This document shows positions 8,898 through 19,226 of a stretch of DNA of 20,101 bases, in pieces. The position numbers were made by a program, and so were the translations under genes. Each line of letters opens with the position of its first letter. The stretch's first letter is position 1. Location: contig CAZNJA010000022.1 in the NCBI GenBank assembly GCA_964573245.1, forward strand, positions 1 through 20,101, written 5' to 3'. The notes below the pieces were generated by a model that saw nothing but the letters and a program-made list of their open reading frames with translations, was not told the DNA's origin and did no database searches. This DNA is from an uncultured bacterium (lineage in GTDB: Bacteria; CAIJMQ01).

Positions 8898-9008
8898 TAT
8901 TGAATATCGTTATTCGGTTAGGGTTACGATGCCCGTTTCGTCATTGGGTTACGTCTATCGTCTTTTAAACGTAACCTTTACCGTCAAACGATACGGGCTT
9001 CATTGCCG

Positions 9009-9323
9009 TTACCCATTACCCTTTTTCAGCTTCTCAATCATTTCTTCTACTTCTTTTGCTCCTTTAGTATAGAATCCTTCTTCATCAGGAGCAAGTTGTT
9101 TTAAAAGCGTTAAGAACTCTCCCGCGTGAACACGTTCCTCATCGGCTATATCCACCAACACATCCTTAGCCAACTTATCGTCTGTTGATTCTGCAAGCTG
9201 TGTATAAAGCTGGACCGCCTCATATTCCGCAGCAATTAAAAACCTTACCGCGCGAATCAACTCCTCTTTTGTAAGCTTGCGGTCATTCTTTAATCCCGAA
9301 AACGATGTCCCGAAATCCGGCAT
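9009..9323 (-). CDS. Short ferritin-like protein (EncFtn/Flp-type)
   Basis: EELIRAVR...AEYEAVQLY...IADEERVHAGEF; GGAGG RBS. Confidence 0.8.
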   Translation of the reverse strand: MPDFGTSFSGLKNDRKLTKEELIRAVRFLIAAEYEAVQLYTQLAESTDDKLAKDVLVDIADEERVHAGEFLTLLKQLAPDEEGFYTKGAKEVEEMIEKLKKGNG

Positions 9324-9351
9324 AACACACCTCCTTTTTTAGGTTAGCGAC

Positions 9352-9448
9352 GGACGATGGACGTCCGCTCATTTCATTCGCTTGGACGAAGGATGTAATT
9401 TTCTTCTATTTTTTCGTCCCTCGTCTCTCATCCTTCATCCCTCATTTT
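9352..9448. repeat. Inverted degenerate heptamer arrays (GGAYGWW / TCRTCCY)
   Basis: GGACGAT, GGACG.., GGACGAA, GGATGTA versus TCGTCCC TCGTCTC TCATCCT TCATCCC. Confidence 0.7.
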
Positions 9449-10201
9449 TCACTTAAAAATCTCTCCCGTTTCTTTATACCAAAACACCAAATCAAGATGG
9501 TCAATAGGTATATTAGCACTTACTGAAAATTCTTTCATTTTGCTTTCAATTTCCATATATTTTTTCTTTGATATTGAAGATGGGATTTCATCTATTACAC
9601 CGAATTCTTTCAAATTTTTCAGTATGTGTCGGTCAAGAATTGCGAGTTCCTCACCAAACCCTATGTTCCTTAAAAAATGGCTCGCTTCCTTATATCCCAT
9701 TCCTTTTACCCCGTTAAAAGTAAGTCTCGACTTTACCTGCCTCGCCTTTGTCTCATCAAGGCAGGTGTTGGGACTGCCATCCGACGTTACGTCGGAGGGA
9801 CTTCTAACGAGGCGAGTACCATTAACCAGCCACTCCCTCGCTTCATGCGCATTTTTAAACTGTTTAAGCTTAGATTTGATATTCAATTTCCCACCTGACA
9901 TAAACTTCTCTCTCGCCAATATTATGTACTGTGCTTTTTTGTTTTTAAACCGCGCCCTGTTCAGCTCTTTAACAATATTTTTCCAGTTGCCTTCAAACAT
10001 TAAATTTTTCTTATTTAACTCCTCTACACAACACCAGCATGATTGAGCTTTGGATTGTGGGGTGAGTATGCAGAATGCCAGTTCCGAGAATATGTCTTTT
10101 TCTGTCCCTTCTTGAAAAAGCTTCTTGAATTCAGCCAGACGGGCTTCTATTTTTTTGTGGATTTTATGGTAGACTTTTTTTATATCCTTTGTAGAAGACA
10201 T
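9449..10201 (-). CDS. ogg: 8-oxoguanine DNA glycosylase/AP lyase (Ogg2/Thermotoga-type) with ~36-aa insertion
   Basis: FSELAFCILTPQS, KGMGYKEASHFLRNIG, AILDRHIL, LDLVFWY..TG..K motifs. Confidence 0.9.
   Translation of the reverse strand: MSSTKDIKKVYHKIHKKIEARLAEFKKLFQEGTEKDIFSELAFCILTPQSKAQSCWCCVEELNKKNLMFEGNWKNIVKELNRARFKNKKAQYIILAREKFMSGGKLNIKSKLKQFKNAHEAREWLVNGTRLVRSPSDVTSDGSPNTCLDETKARQVKSRLTFNGVKGMGYKEASHFLRNIGFGEELAILDRHILKNLKEFGVIDEIPSSISKKKYMEIESKMKEFSVSANIPIDHLDLVFWYKETGEIFK
9708..9813. mobile_element. Composite palindromic element inserted in frame in ogg
   Basis: Ends ACCCCGTTAAAAGT / ACTTCTAACGAGGC (11 of 14 complementary); nested hairpins at 9735-9766 and 9780-9796. Confidence 0.75.
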
Positions 10202-10251
10202 ACCTCATTATTATACAAAACTTCCATTATTTCTTATAATAAGCACTATGA

Positions 10252-12432
<2,181 letters not shown>

Positions 12433-12446
12433 AAGTTTAAGAAACG

Positions 12447-12533
12447 GATACTAGATGCTGGATACTTGATACTTGTAAAAAACATAAAAAAGAGAATCTG
12501 TTAACTAGCATCAAGAATCTAGTATCTAGAATC
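12447..12533. repeat. Inverted degenerate heptamer arrays (GATRCTD x4 / WAGHATC x4)
   Basis: GATACTA GATGCTG GATACTT GATACTT ... TAGCATC AAGAATC TAGTATC TAGAATC. Confidence 0.8.
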
Positions 12534-12559
12534 AATACTCTTGTATAAAAAAACTTATT

Positions 12560-13315
12560 ATGAGCAATAGGAAACAGAAGATGGTGGAGAAAACAGAACT
12601 TAAAAGAGTTGCAAAAGAATGGATTCAGTCTATATTAATTGCTTTTATCGTTGCTATGTTCATCCGCACTTTTTTCATTCAGCCGTACCGTATCCCTTCC
12701 GGCTCGATGCTGCCTACATTAAAAGTAGGTGACCATCCTTTAGTCAATAAACTCATTTATAAAATAAGAGAACCCCAGCGCGGAAACGTAATTGTGTTTT
12801 TATACCCTGTTGTAGAATACGGGTGCACAGAGTGTATGTATAAATATAAATTTTTAGGATTATTTAATAGATACGAATATAGATATACTTATGAATATCG
12901 GGAAGATTACGATAAAGTTCAATACGGGAATATCCCTTTTGATAGATTACCGGACGACTGGATTTGCCCCGCATGCGGAGCGCCTAAGAGCAGTTTCAGG
13001 AAACTGCCGAGGAAGCCGTTTATAAAAAGATTAATCGGCTTACCCGGAGAAACCGTTAAAATAAGCGATGGGGAAATTTATATAAATGGAAAACCGTTGG
13101 AAGAGCCATTTAGCATAACGCAAAGACACTATATCTCCGAAAAAAACTTTGCAACTGAGGAAATAAAAATTCCTCTTGATAGTTATTTCGTTCTCGGTGA
13201 TAATACGGGCAATTCAAAAGATAGCCGTTATTGGGGTTTTGTTCCAAAAGAAAATTTAATAGGTAAGGCAGAGGTCATTTATTGGCCCCCGCACAGAATA
13301 AGAAAAATAAGATGA
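12560..13315 (+). CDS. lepB: Signal peptidase I with inserted rubredoxin-like domain
   Basis: One TM helix, IPSGSMLPTL..GD, FIKRLIGLPGE, GDNTGNSKDSRYWG; internal CTEC...LPDDWICPACGAPKSSF. Confidence 0.92.
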   Translation: MSNRKQKMVEKTELKRVAKEWIQSILIAFIVAMFIRTFFIQPYRIPSGSMLPTLKVGDHPLVNKLIYKIREPQRGNVIVFLYPVVEYGCTECMYKYKFLGLFNRYEYRYTYEYREDYDKVQYGNIPFDRLPDDWICPACGAPKSSFRKLPRKPFIKRLIGLPGETVKISDGEIYINGKPLEEPFSITQRHYISEKNFATEEIKIPLDSYFVLGDNTGNSKDSRYWGFVPKENLIGKAEVIYWPPHRIRKIR

Positions 13316-13357
13316 ATTGCAAAAAATATATATAGAAAAAATTAGGAGGAACAAGCA

Positions 13358-14017
13358 ATGGAAGTAGCAAGAGTAGCTGATACATATTTCAAAACAAGAC
13401 ATTTAGTATTTAAAAGACGCTGCGAGTTAGCTATAGCAGACAAAATAGTCTTGGCATTTTTAATGGCAGGATTTACGGGAATTATGGCTCAGACAAGAGT
13501 ATATCTTCCCTTTACTCCCGTTCCGATTACGGGACAAACGTTTGCGGTTTTGATGGCGGGTGTTCTGCTCGGTAAAAATTGGGGCGGAATAAGCCAGGCA
13601 ATATATGTGCTCTTGGGCGCGGCGGGAATACCGTGGTTCGCCGGAGCGCAAGGCGGATATGCCTACCTCGCAGGTCCAACAGGAGGATATTTGATAGGAT
13701 TTATACTCGCCGCCCTTTTTGTAGGACATTTCACTGATAAATATGTAAGGATGAGAAGTTTTAAATCGATGTTCTTCCTAATGCTTTTTGCAAATTTCGT
13801 TTTCATTTACGGTTTAGGATTATTTCAACTGGGAATTTGGTTTAAAGTCGTAAAAGGCACTTTCCCTACTTTTAAACAATTGCTTTTAGCAGGGTTCCTT
13901 CCCTTCGTTGCAGGCGCCATAATCAAAACCATACTGGCTGCAACAATAGCTGACGGAATTACACCCAAAAAAGCATTCAACAATGAAGCAGACACTGAAG
14001 TGAGAACAGTTTCATGA
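13358..14017 (+). CDS. bioY: Biotin transporter (ECF S-component)
   Basis: PVPITGQT, G..P.FAG, GPTGGYLIGF. Confidence 0.93.
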   Translation: MEVARVADTYFKTRHLVFKRRCELAIADKIVLAFLMAGFTGIMAQTRVYLPFTPVPITGQTFAVLMAGVLLGKNWGGISQAIYVLLGAAGIPWFAGAQGGYAYLAGPTGGYLIGFILAALFVGHFTDKYVRMRSFKSMFFLMLFANFVFIYGLGLFQLGIWFKVVKGTFPTFKQLLLAGFLPFVAGAIIKTILAATIADGITPKKAFNNEADTEVRTVS

Positions 14018-15441
14018 AAATCCAGAATACTCTCACAAAAGAAAAAGAAGTTTTCGAACCCATTAATAAACAGCAGGTCGGTTTTTACACCTGCGGGCCG
14101 ACTGTTTACAACTACGCGCACATCGGCAATTTGAGGACTTACATCTTCGAAGATATTTTAAAAAGAGTTCTCTTATACAATAACTACAATGTAAATCATG
14201 TGATGAATATTACCGACGTGGGGCATCTCACTTCCGACGAAGACGAAGGCGAAGACAAGATGGATTTGGCGGTCAAACGCGAAGAAAAAACCCCCGAACA
14301 AATAGCCGATTTTTACACAAAAGCATTCAAAGAAGACCTTTCTAATCTAAATATCCTGGAGCCGAATATCTGGTGCAAAGCAACGGAACATGTCGCGGAT
14401 ATGATTAAATTAATCCAAAGAATAGAGAAAAACGGTTATTCTTATATCGGCAAAAACGGGAATGTATATTTTGACACGGGCAAATTCGCCGATTACGGAA
14501 AGTTTGCGGGGCTTGATTTGGAAAACCTTCAAGCAGGAGCCCGAACCGAAATAGACGAAGAAAAAAGACACCCGAGAGATTTTGTCTTATGGTTTTCTAT
14601 CAAGGGTTCGAAATTCAAAGGACATATCTTGAAATGGAACTCTCCGTGGGGAGAAGGATGGCCCGGCTGGCATATAGAATGCTCGGCAATGTCAATGAAA
14701 TACCTCGGAGAACAATTCGATATACACTGCGGAGGAGTCGACCATATTTCTATTCATCATACAAATGAAGTTGCTCAAGCAGAAGCGGCAACAGGTAAGA
14801 AATGGGTCAACTACTGGCTTCACGGCGAATTTCTCATTATGAAAGAAGGGAAAATGGCCAAGTCCAAAGAAGAATTTATCACATTAAAAACCCTAATCGA
14901 CAAAAATTACGACCCGTTGGCTTACAGATATATGTGTTTCAATACGCATTACAGAAAAAAGCTGAATTTTGACTGGGAAGGATTGGACAGCGCGCAAAAA
15001 ACCTTGTTGACTTTGAGAGAAACCGTAAAAATTATAAAAGAACCCGCCACAGAAGATTCGGCGGGCAGGGAAACAAAAAAAGATAAGGTTGAAACTTATA
15101 TTGAAAGATTCCGCGAAGCGGTAAACAACGATTTAAACATGCCGAAGGCTTTAGAGGTTATATGGACACTCTTAAGGAATGAAAAAGATATAAGCAATCA
15201 AGATAAATATAAGTTATTGCTCGAATTCGATAAAGTGATGGGATTAGACTTGGACAAAATCGAAACGACCGCAAAAATACCCAAAGAAATAAACAATTTG
15301 ATACAGAAACGCGAAGAATACAGAAAGCAAAAAAATTGGGCAAAGGCGGACGAAATGCGGGACAGACTACTTGAAAAAGGAATTGTTTTGCAGGATACTG
15401 CTGAAGGGGTAATCTGGAAAAGAAGACGAAAATCCGAATAA
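14014..15441 (+). CDS. cysS: Cysteine--tRNA ligase
   Basis: CGPTVYNYAHIGNLR, PGWHIECSAMS, DIHCGG.D...HH.NE, KMAKS. Confidence 0.97.
   Translation: MKIQNTLTKEKEVFEPINKQQVGFYTCGPTVYNYAHIGNLRTYIFEDILKRVLLYNNYNVNHVMNITDVGHLTSDEDEGEDKMDLAVKREEKTPEQIADFYTKAFKEDLSNLNILEPNIWCKATEHVADMIKLIQRIEKNGYSYIGKNGNVYFDTGKFADYGKFAGLDLENLQAGARTEIDEEKRHPRDFVLWFSIKGSKFKGHILKWNSPWGEGWPGWHIECSAMSMKYLGEQFDIHCGGVDHISIHHTNEVAQAEAATGKKWVNYWLHGEFLIMKEGKMAKSKEEFITLKTLIDKNYDPLAYRYMCFNTHYRKKLNFDWEGLDSAQKTLLTLRETVKIIKEPATEDSAGRETKKDKVETYIERFREAVNNDLNMPKALEVIWTLLRNEKDISNQDKYKLLLEFDKVMGLDLDKIETTAKIPKEINNLIQKREEYRKQKNWAKADEMRDRLLEKGIVLQDTAEGVIWKRRRKSE
15043..15069 (+). repeat. 27-bp palindromic element in cysS (PATEDSAGR)
   Basis: CCCGCC-N11-GGCGGG-CAGG, flanked by GAA on both sides. 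Confidence 0.75.
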
Positions 15442-15467
15442 GTTATTCTTAAGAGGAGGATAAACAC

Positions 15468-15743
15468 ATGAACGGACAAGGCACAGGCAAAGGCGCTGCG
15501 TTCTTTATCGCAATAGTAATTCTTGGCGCTATTTTAGGAGGCGTTTTTGGCGAAATCCTGGGGTTAATAGTCACCGGCGGAGTGTTGAACAAAATACTAG
15601 TGACGGGAATATCGCTTTCTTTAAGCCCTGCCACGACGCTGGACCTGGCAGTGTTAAGTTTTACTTTCGGGATAGGAATGAAACTGAATCTGCTTTCTGT
15701 GTTTGGAATCGTTGGCGCCATATGGCTCTATTATAAGATATAA
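15468..15743 (+). CDS. DUF4321-like small membrane protein
   Basis: GAILGG..GE.LG...LDL.VLSFTFG...KLNLLSVFG pattern; GAGGA RBS. Confidence 0.75.
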   Translation: MNGQGTGKGAAFFIAIVILGAILGGVFGEILGLIVTGGVLNKILVTGISLSLSPATTLDLAVLSFTFGIGMKLNLLSVFGIVGAIWLYYKI

Positions 15744-15822
15744 CAAAGGTGTAAAATCTTTCCGGTCAAAGAAGACCAACAAAGTTACCAAACAATTACA
15801 AAATAACTTTTTTATGGTTTAA

Positions 15823-15861
15823 CCCGCCAGCAATTGCTGGCGAGGTCTCGCCGTAGGCGGA
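15823..15861. repeat. Intergenic GC-rich palindromic element
   Basis: CCCGCCAGCAATTGCTGGCGAGGTCTCGCCGTAGGCGGA; perfect palindrome CGCCAGCAATTGCTGGCG. Confidence 0.6.
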
Positions 15862-15942
15862 TATAATTCTGTTTTGCCAAAGCGACAAGAAAAGTACGAA
15901 TCCATAGAGCTTCGATATTGTTATTAAAGGTTGAAAAAAAAC

Positions 15943-16770
15943 ATGAAACAAAACGAAATAATAAATAAAAAAGAAATTGCTCCGGGCATTAAATTATTTG
16001 ATATCTATGCTCCCGACATCGCAAAAAAATGCCTGGCGGGTAATTTCGTCATATTGATGGTCTCCGAATACGGGGAGAGAGTACCTCTTACAATAAATAA
16101 TTGGGACAGGGAAAAAGGCACTATAAGAATTATCGTTCAGGAAATAGGCAGAACAACAAAAGAACTCGGCAAGATGAATGTCGGCGATATAATATCCAAC
16201 CTAATGGGCCCGCTCGGCCATCCGTCCGAAATAGATAAATTCGGCAAAGTAGTATGTATCGGCGGCGGGGTGGGAACCGCCGTAATGTATCCGATTGCAA
16301 AAGCGCTAAAAGAAAAAGGAAACGAAGTCATAACAATCATCGGCGCAAAAACGAAAGAACTTTTAATCCTTGAAAATGAACTAAAAAAGATAAGTGCATC
16401 AGTTCACATAACCACCGACGACGGCAGTTACGGAAAGAAAGGATTTGTAACGGATAAGTTGAAAGAAATTTTGTCATCGGGGCAACAAATTAACAGAGTC
16501 ATTGCAATAGGCCCGCTTATCATGATGAAGATAATAAGTGAAATAACAAAACAAAAAGCGATACCTACAATAGTCAGCCTGAACCCGATAATGATAGACG
16601 GCACGGGTATGTGCGGCGGTTGTCGTGTGAGGGTGGGAAACGAAACAAAATTTGCCTGTGTTGACGGGCCCGAATTTGACGGCCACAAAGTTGACTTTGA
16701 CGAATTGATACATAGAAACAACAGATTCTTGGAAGAAGAAAGGCATAGTTGTAAACTTTTAGAAAAATGA
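15943..16770 (+). CDS. nfnA: NfnA/SudB-type FAD/NAD-binding [2Fe-2S] subunit
   Basis: GERVPLT, GPLG, GGGVG, TDDGSYG, DGTGMCGGCR...CVDGPEFDG; ATG at 15943 (TTG at 15931 also possible). Confidence 0.85.
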   Translation: MKQNEIINKKEIAPGIKLFDIYAPDIAKKCLAGNFVILMVSEYGERVPLTINNWDREKGTIRIIVQEIGRTTKELGKMNVGDIISNLMGPLGHPSEIDKFGKVVCIGGGVGTAVMYPIAKALKEKGNEVITIIGAKTKELLILENELKKISASVHITTDDGSYGKKGFVTDKLKEILSSGQQINRVIAIGPLIMMKIISEITKQKAIPTIVSLNPIMIDGTGMCGGCRVRVGNETKFACVDGPEFDGHKVDFDELIHRNNRFLEEERHSCKLLEK

Positions 16771-18116
16771 CAAAAAGACCTGTAAAAGAAAGAATTAAAA
16801 ACTTTGAGGAAGTTGCTTCGGGCTACAGCAGACAGGAAGCAATAGCCGAAGCAAAGAGATGCCTGCAGTGCAAAAAACCTCTTTGCGTTAACGGATGCCC
16901 TGTCCAGATAAACATTCCAAAATTCATAAAAGAAATTTCCGAGGGCAAATTTGACGAAGCGATAAAAACACTGAAAGAAGCCAATAACCTGCCGGGAATA
17001 TGCGGAAGAGTATGCCCGCAGGAAATCCAATGCGAAGCGCTCTGCGTATTAGGCAAAAAAGGTAAACCCATTGATATCGGAACGCTCGAAAGATTCGCTT
17101 CGGATGAGGGACAATCCCCCCTTGTTTCCTCCGGAAACACGCAGGGGGGACAGGTGGCGGTTGTCGGCTCGGGGCCCGCGGGTTTAACCTGCGCAGGCGA
17201 ACTTGCAAAAATGGGATATGACGTAACAATATTCGAAAGTTTGCACAAAGCAGGCGGGGTCCTGCGATACGGCATACCGGAATTTCGTATGCCCCGCGAT
17301 ATTCTTGACAGTGAAATTCAATATGTCAAAGATTTGGGAGTTAAAATTAGGTGCGATGTATTAATAGGAAAAACTTTTACGATAGACGAACTTTTTAAAG
17401 CAGAATATAAAGCAATATTCATCGCAAGCGGCGCAGGCGCTCCGCAGTTTTTGAATATAGAAGGGGAAAATGCAAACGGCGTATATTCGGCAAACGAATT
17501 CCTAACCCGCGCAAACTTAATGAAAGCGCACGACGAAGAGTATCACACCCCCATAAAAGTCGGCAAAAAAGTCGGAGTAATAGGCGGAGGAAATGTTGCT
17601 ATGGATTCAGCGCGCGTAGCAGTTAGGTTAGGCGTGGAAGTATATCTAATCTACCGCCGCACCGAAAAAGAAATGCCCGCAAGAATAGAAGAAAGAGAAA
17701 ACGCAAAAGAAGAGGGAGTGAAATTCAAAATCCTCACACAACCCGTAAAAATAAAAACGGATAATGAAGGATGGATAAAAGAATTAGAGTGTCTACAGAT
17801 GCAGCTCGGCAAACCTGACGAATCCGGCAGAAGAAGACCAATACCGGTGAAAAATTCCGATTTTTCCATTCCTCTGGACACACTGATTATAGCAATAGGG
17901 CAAAAGCCAAATCCTCTCATAGCATCTTATACTAAAGGCCTTAAAACACGCGAAGACGGGACCATAATCGCGGACGGAAAAACAGGCGCAACATCCATCA
18001 AAGGCGTCTTCGCAGGTGGTGATATCGCAACCGGCGCCGCAACAGTCATAGAAGCAATGGGCGCGGGACGCAGAGCAGCGAAGGCAATGGATGAGTACAT
18101 CCGGAATAAGAATTAA
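16767..18116 (+). CDS. nfnB: NfnB/SudA-type (GltD-like) flavo-iron-sulfur subunit
   Basis: RCLQC....C..GCP, CGRVCPQE.QC...C, GSGPAG, GGGNVAMD, GGDI.TG; overlaps the nfnA stop (ATGA). Confidence 0.85.
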   Translation: MTKRPVKERIKNFEEVASGYSRQEAIAEAKRCLQCKKPLCVNGCPVQINIPKFIKEISEGKFDEAIKTLKEANNLPGICGRVCPQEIQCEALCVLGKKGKPIDIGTLERFASDEGQSPLVSSGNTQGGQVAVVGSGPAGLTCAGELAKMGYDVTIFESLHKAGGVLRYGIPEFRMPRDILDSEIQYVKDLGVKIRCDVLIGKTFTIDELFKAEYKAIFIASGAGAPQFLNIEGENANGVYSANEFLTRANLMKAHDEEYHTPIKVGKKVGVIGGGNVAMDSARVAVRLGVEVYLIYRRTEKEMPARIEERENAKEEGVKFKILTQPVKIKTDNEGWIKELECLQMQLGKPDESGRRRPIPVKNSDFSIPLDTLIIAIGQKPNPLIASYTKGLKTREDGTIIADGKTGATSIKGVFAGGDIATGAATVIEAMGAGRRAAKAMDEYIRNKN

Positions 18117-18168
18117 GTAGTAAGTATTAAGTCAAAAACCATAAACAGCAACCAAATTTCAAAATCAA

Positions 18169-18197
18169 TTGCCAATCCGTTTTTGTGAGGATATAAT
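18169..18197 (+). promoter_or_regulatory. Putative sigma70 promoter
   Basis: TTGCCA-N17-TATAAT upstream of a GGAGG RBS and the ATG at 18231. Confidence 0.6.
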
Positions 18198-18230
18198 CAG
18201 TTTCAATTATTTAGAGGGAGGTGATTTGTA

Positions 18231-19133
18231 ATGGAAATATCACAAAGTAATAAACCTGAAAACAGGAAAGATACAATCTCGACAAATGAATATGTAAAAC
18301 TCTCAGAGCATGCTTCTAACCAAATAGATAGAACTTGGGATGCATACCGTCGGCTTGGAACACTCATAACGATATTATTTGCAGTAGGTCTGGGTATAGG
18401 AACTTTTTTGCTTTTTGACACAAGGCAGGGTATTAATGACGAACTCGATATAGTCAAAGAAAGAGTTGAGAATAGAATTGACGAAGAATTTAGAAAAGAA
18501 AATATTGCCAAATTAGTTGAAACCAAAGCGGTAGAAAGAATAGACAAAGTTGCAGATGAAATTATAGAAAAACGTATAACTGAAAAAACCGTACCAATAG
18601 TCAATAGTGTTGATAATATTAAGGACAACATCGAGAATTTTAAGGAGGATTTCAATAAAAAAGCAGAGGTTTTACCTGCTTTGCTACTAGTAGCAAAAGC
18701 TCAATCAGATGACAGGGGAGCATATGAGGAATTAAAGAAATCGGAAAGTAGTTCTAATCTAGAAATAGCAGAGCTAGCTAAAACTACGATTTCCAAAATT
18801 ACAGAATCGTATCAATCCGTAGGGTTCTATCTTGCAGGAAGTGTTACTATAGGCACGAAACCTGGTATTGAGGCTGATGTCGAGGAACTCATTAATGGAT
18901 TATCTCACTCAGATCCAAGAATACGCAAAGGCATAATGGATACGCTTTACGAAAAAGATGATAAGAGTGCAATTCCACAAATTATCGAGAGACTAAGGAA
19001 GGACGATAGTTTAGCAGTATGCGCTGCTGCATTTAGAACATTAAATAAATTAACAGAACAGAAAATCCAACCCTTTGATTTTGAGTCTTGGTACTCATGG
19101 TGGGAGAAGAATAAAGTAGATTTCAAGGATTAA
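18231..19133 (+). CDS. Membrane-anchored coiled-coil protein with C-terminal HEAT-like repeats
   Basis: One TM helix, charged helical region, LINGLSHSDPRIR...LRKDDSLAVCAAAFRTLNKLT...W..WW. Confidence 0.7.
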   Translation: MEISQSNKPENRKDTISTNEYVKLSEHASNQIDRTWDAYRRLGTLITILFAVGLGIGTFLLFDTRQGINDELDIVKERVENRIDEEFRKENIAKLVETKAVERIDKVADEIIEKRITEKTVPIVNSVDNIKDNIENFKEDFNKKAEVLPALLLVAKAQSDDRGAYEELKKSESSSNLEIAELAKTTISKITESYQSVGFYLAGSVTIGTKPGIEADVEELINGLSHSDPRIRKGIMDTLYEKDDKSAIPQIIERLRKDDSLAVCAAAFRTLNKLTEQKIQPFDFESWYSWWEKNKVDFKD

Positions 19134-19182
19134 CATAAATTCATTAACGAGCATCTAAAATTTAGCATCTTTTAAAAAGCAT

Positions 19183-19211
19183 TTGACATTTTATTGAATT
19201 AATTTTAAATT
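19183..19211 (+). promoter_or_regulatory. Putative sigma70 promoter of the TA-like operon
   Basis: TTGACA-N17-TAAATT. Confidence 0.45.
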
Positions 19212-19226
19212 AGCTATTAAAGCCAG

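Noticed and set aside
10205-10245. Divergent TATAAT boxes for ogg and ligA
   Set aside because: No convincing -35 elements in very AT-rich DNA, so not listed as features.
16767-18116. Annotation as glutamate synthase
   Set aside because: No large subunit is adjacent; coupling to an NfnA-like gene indicates NfnAB/Sud.
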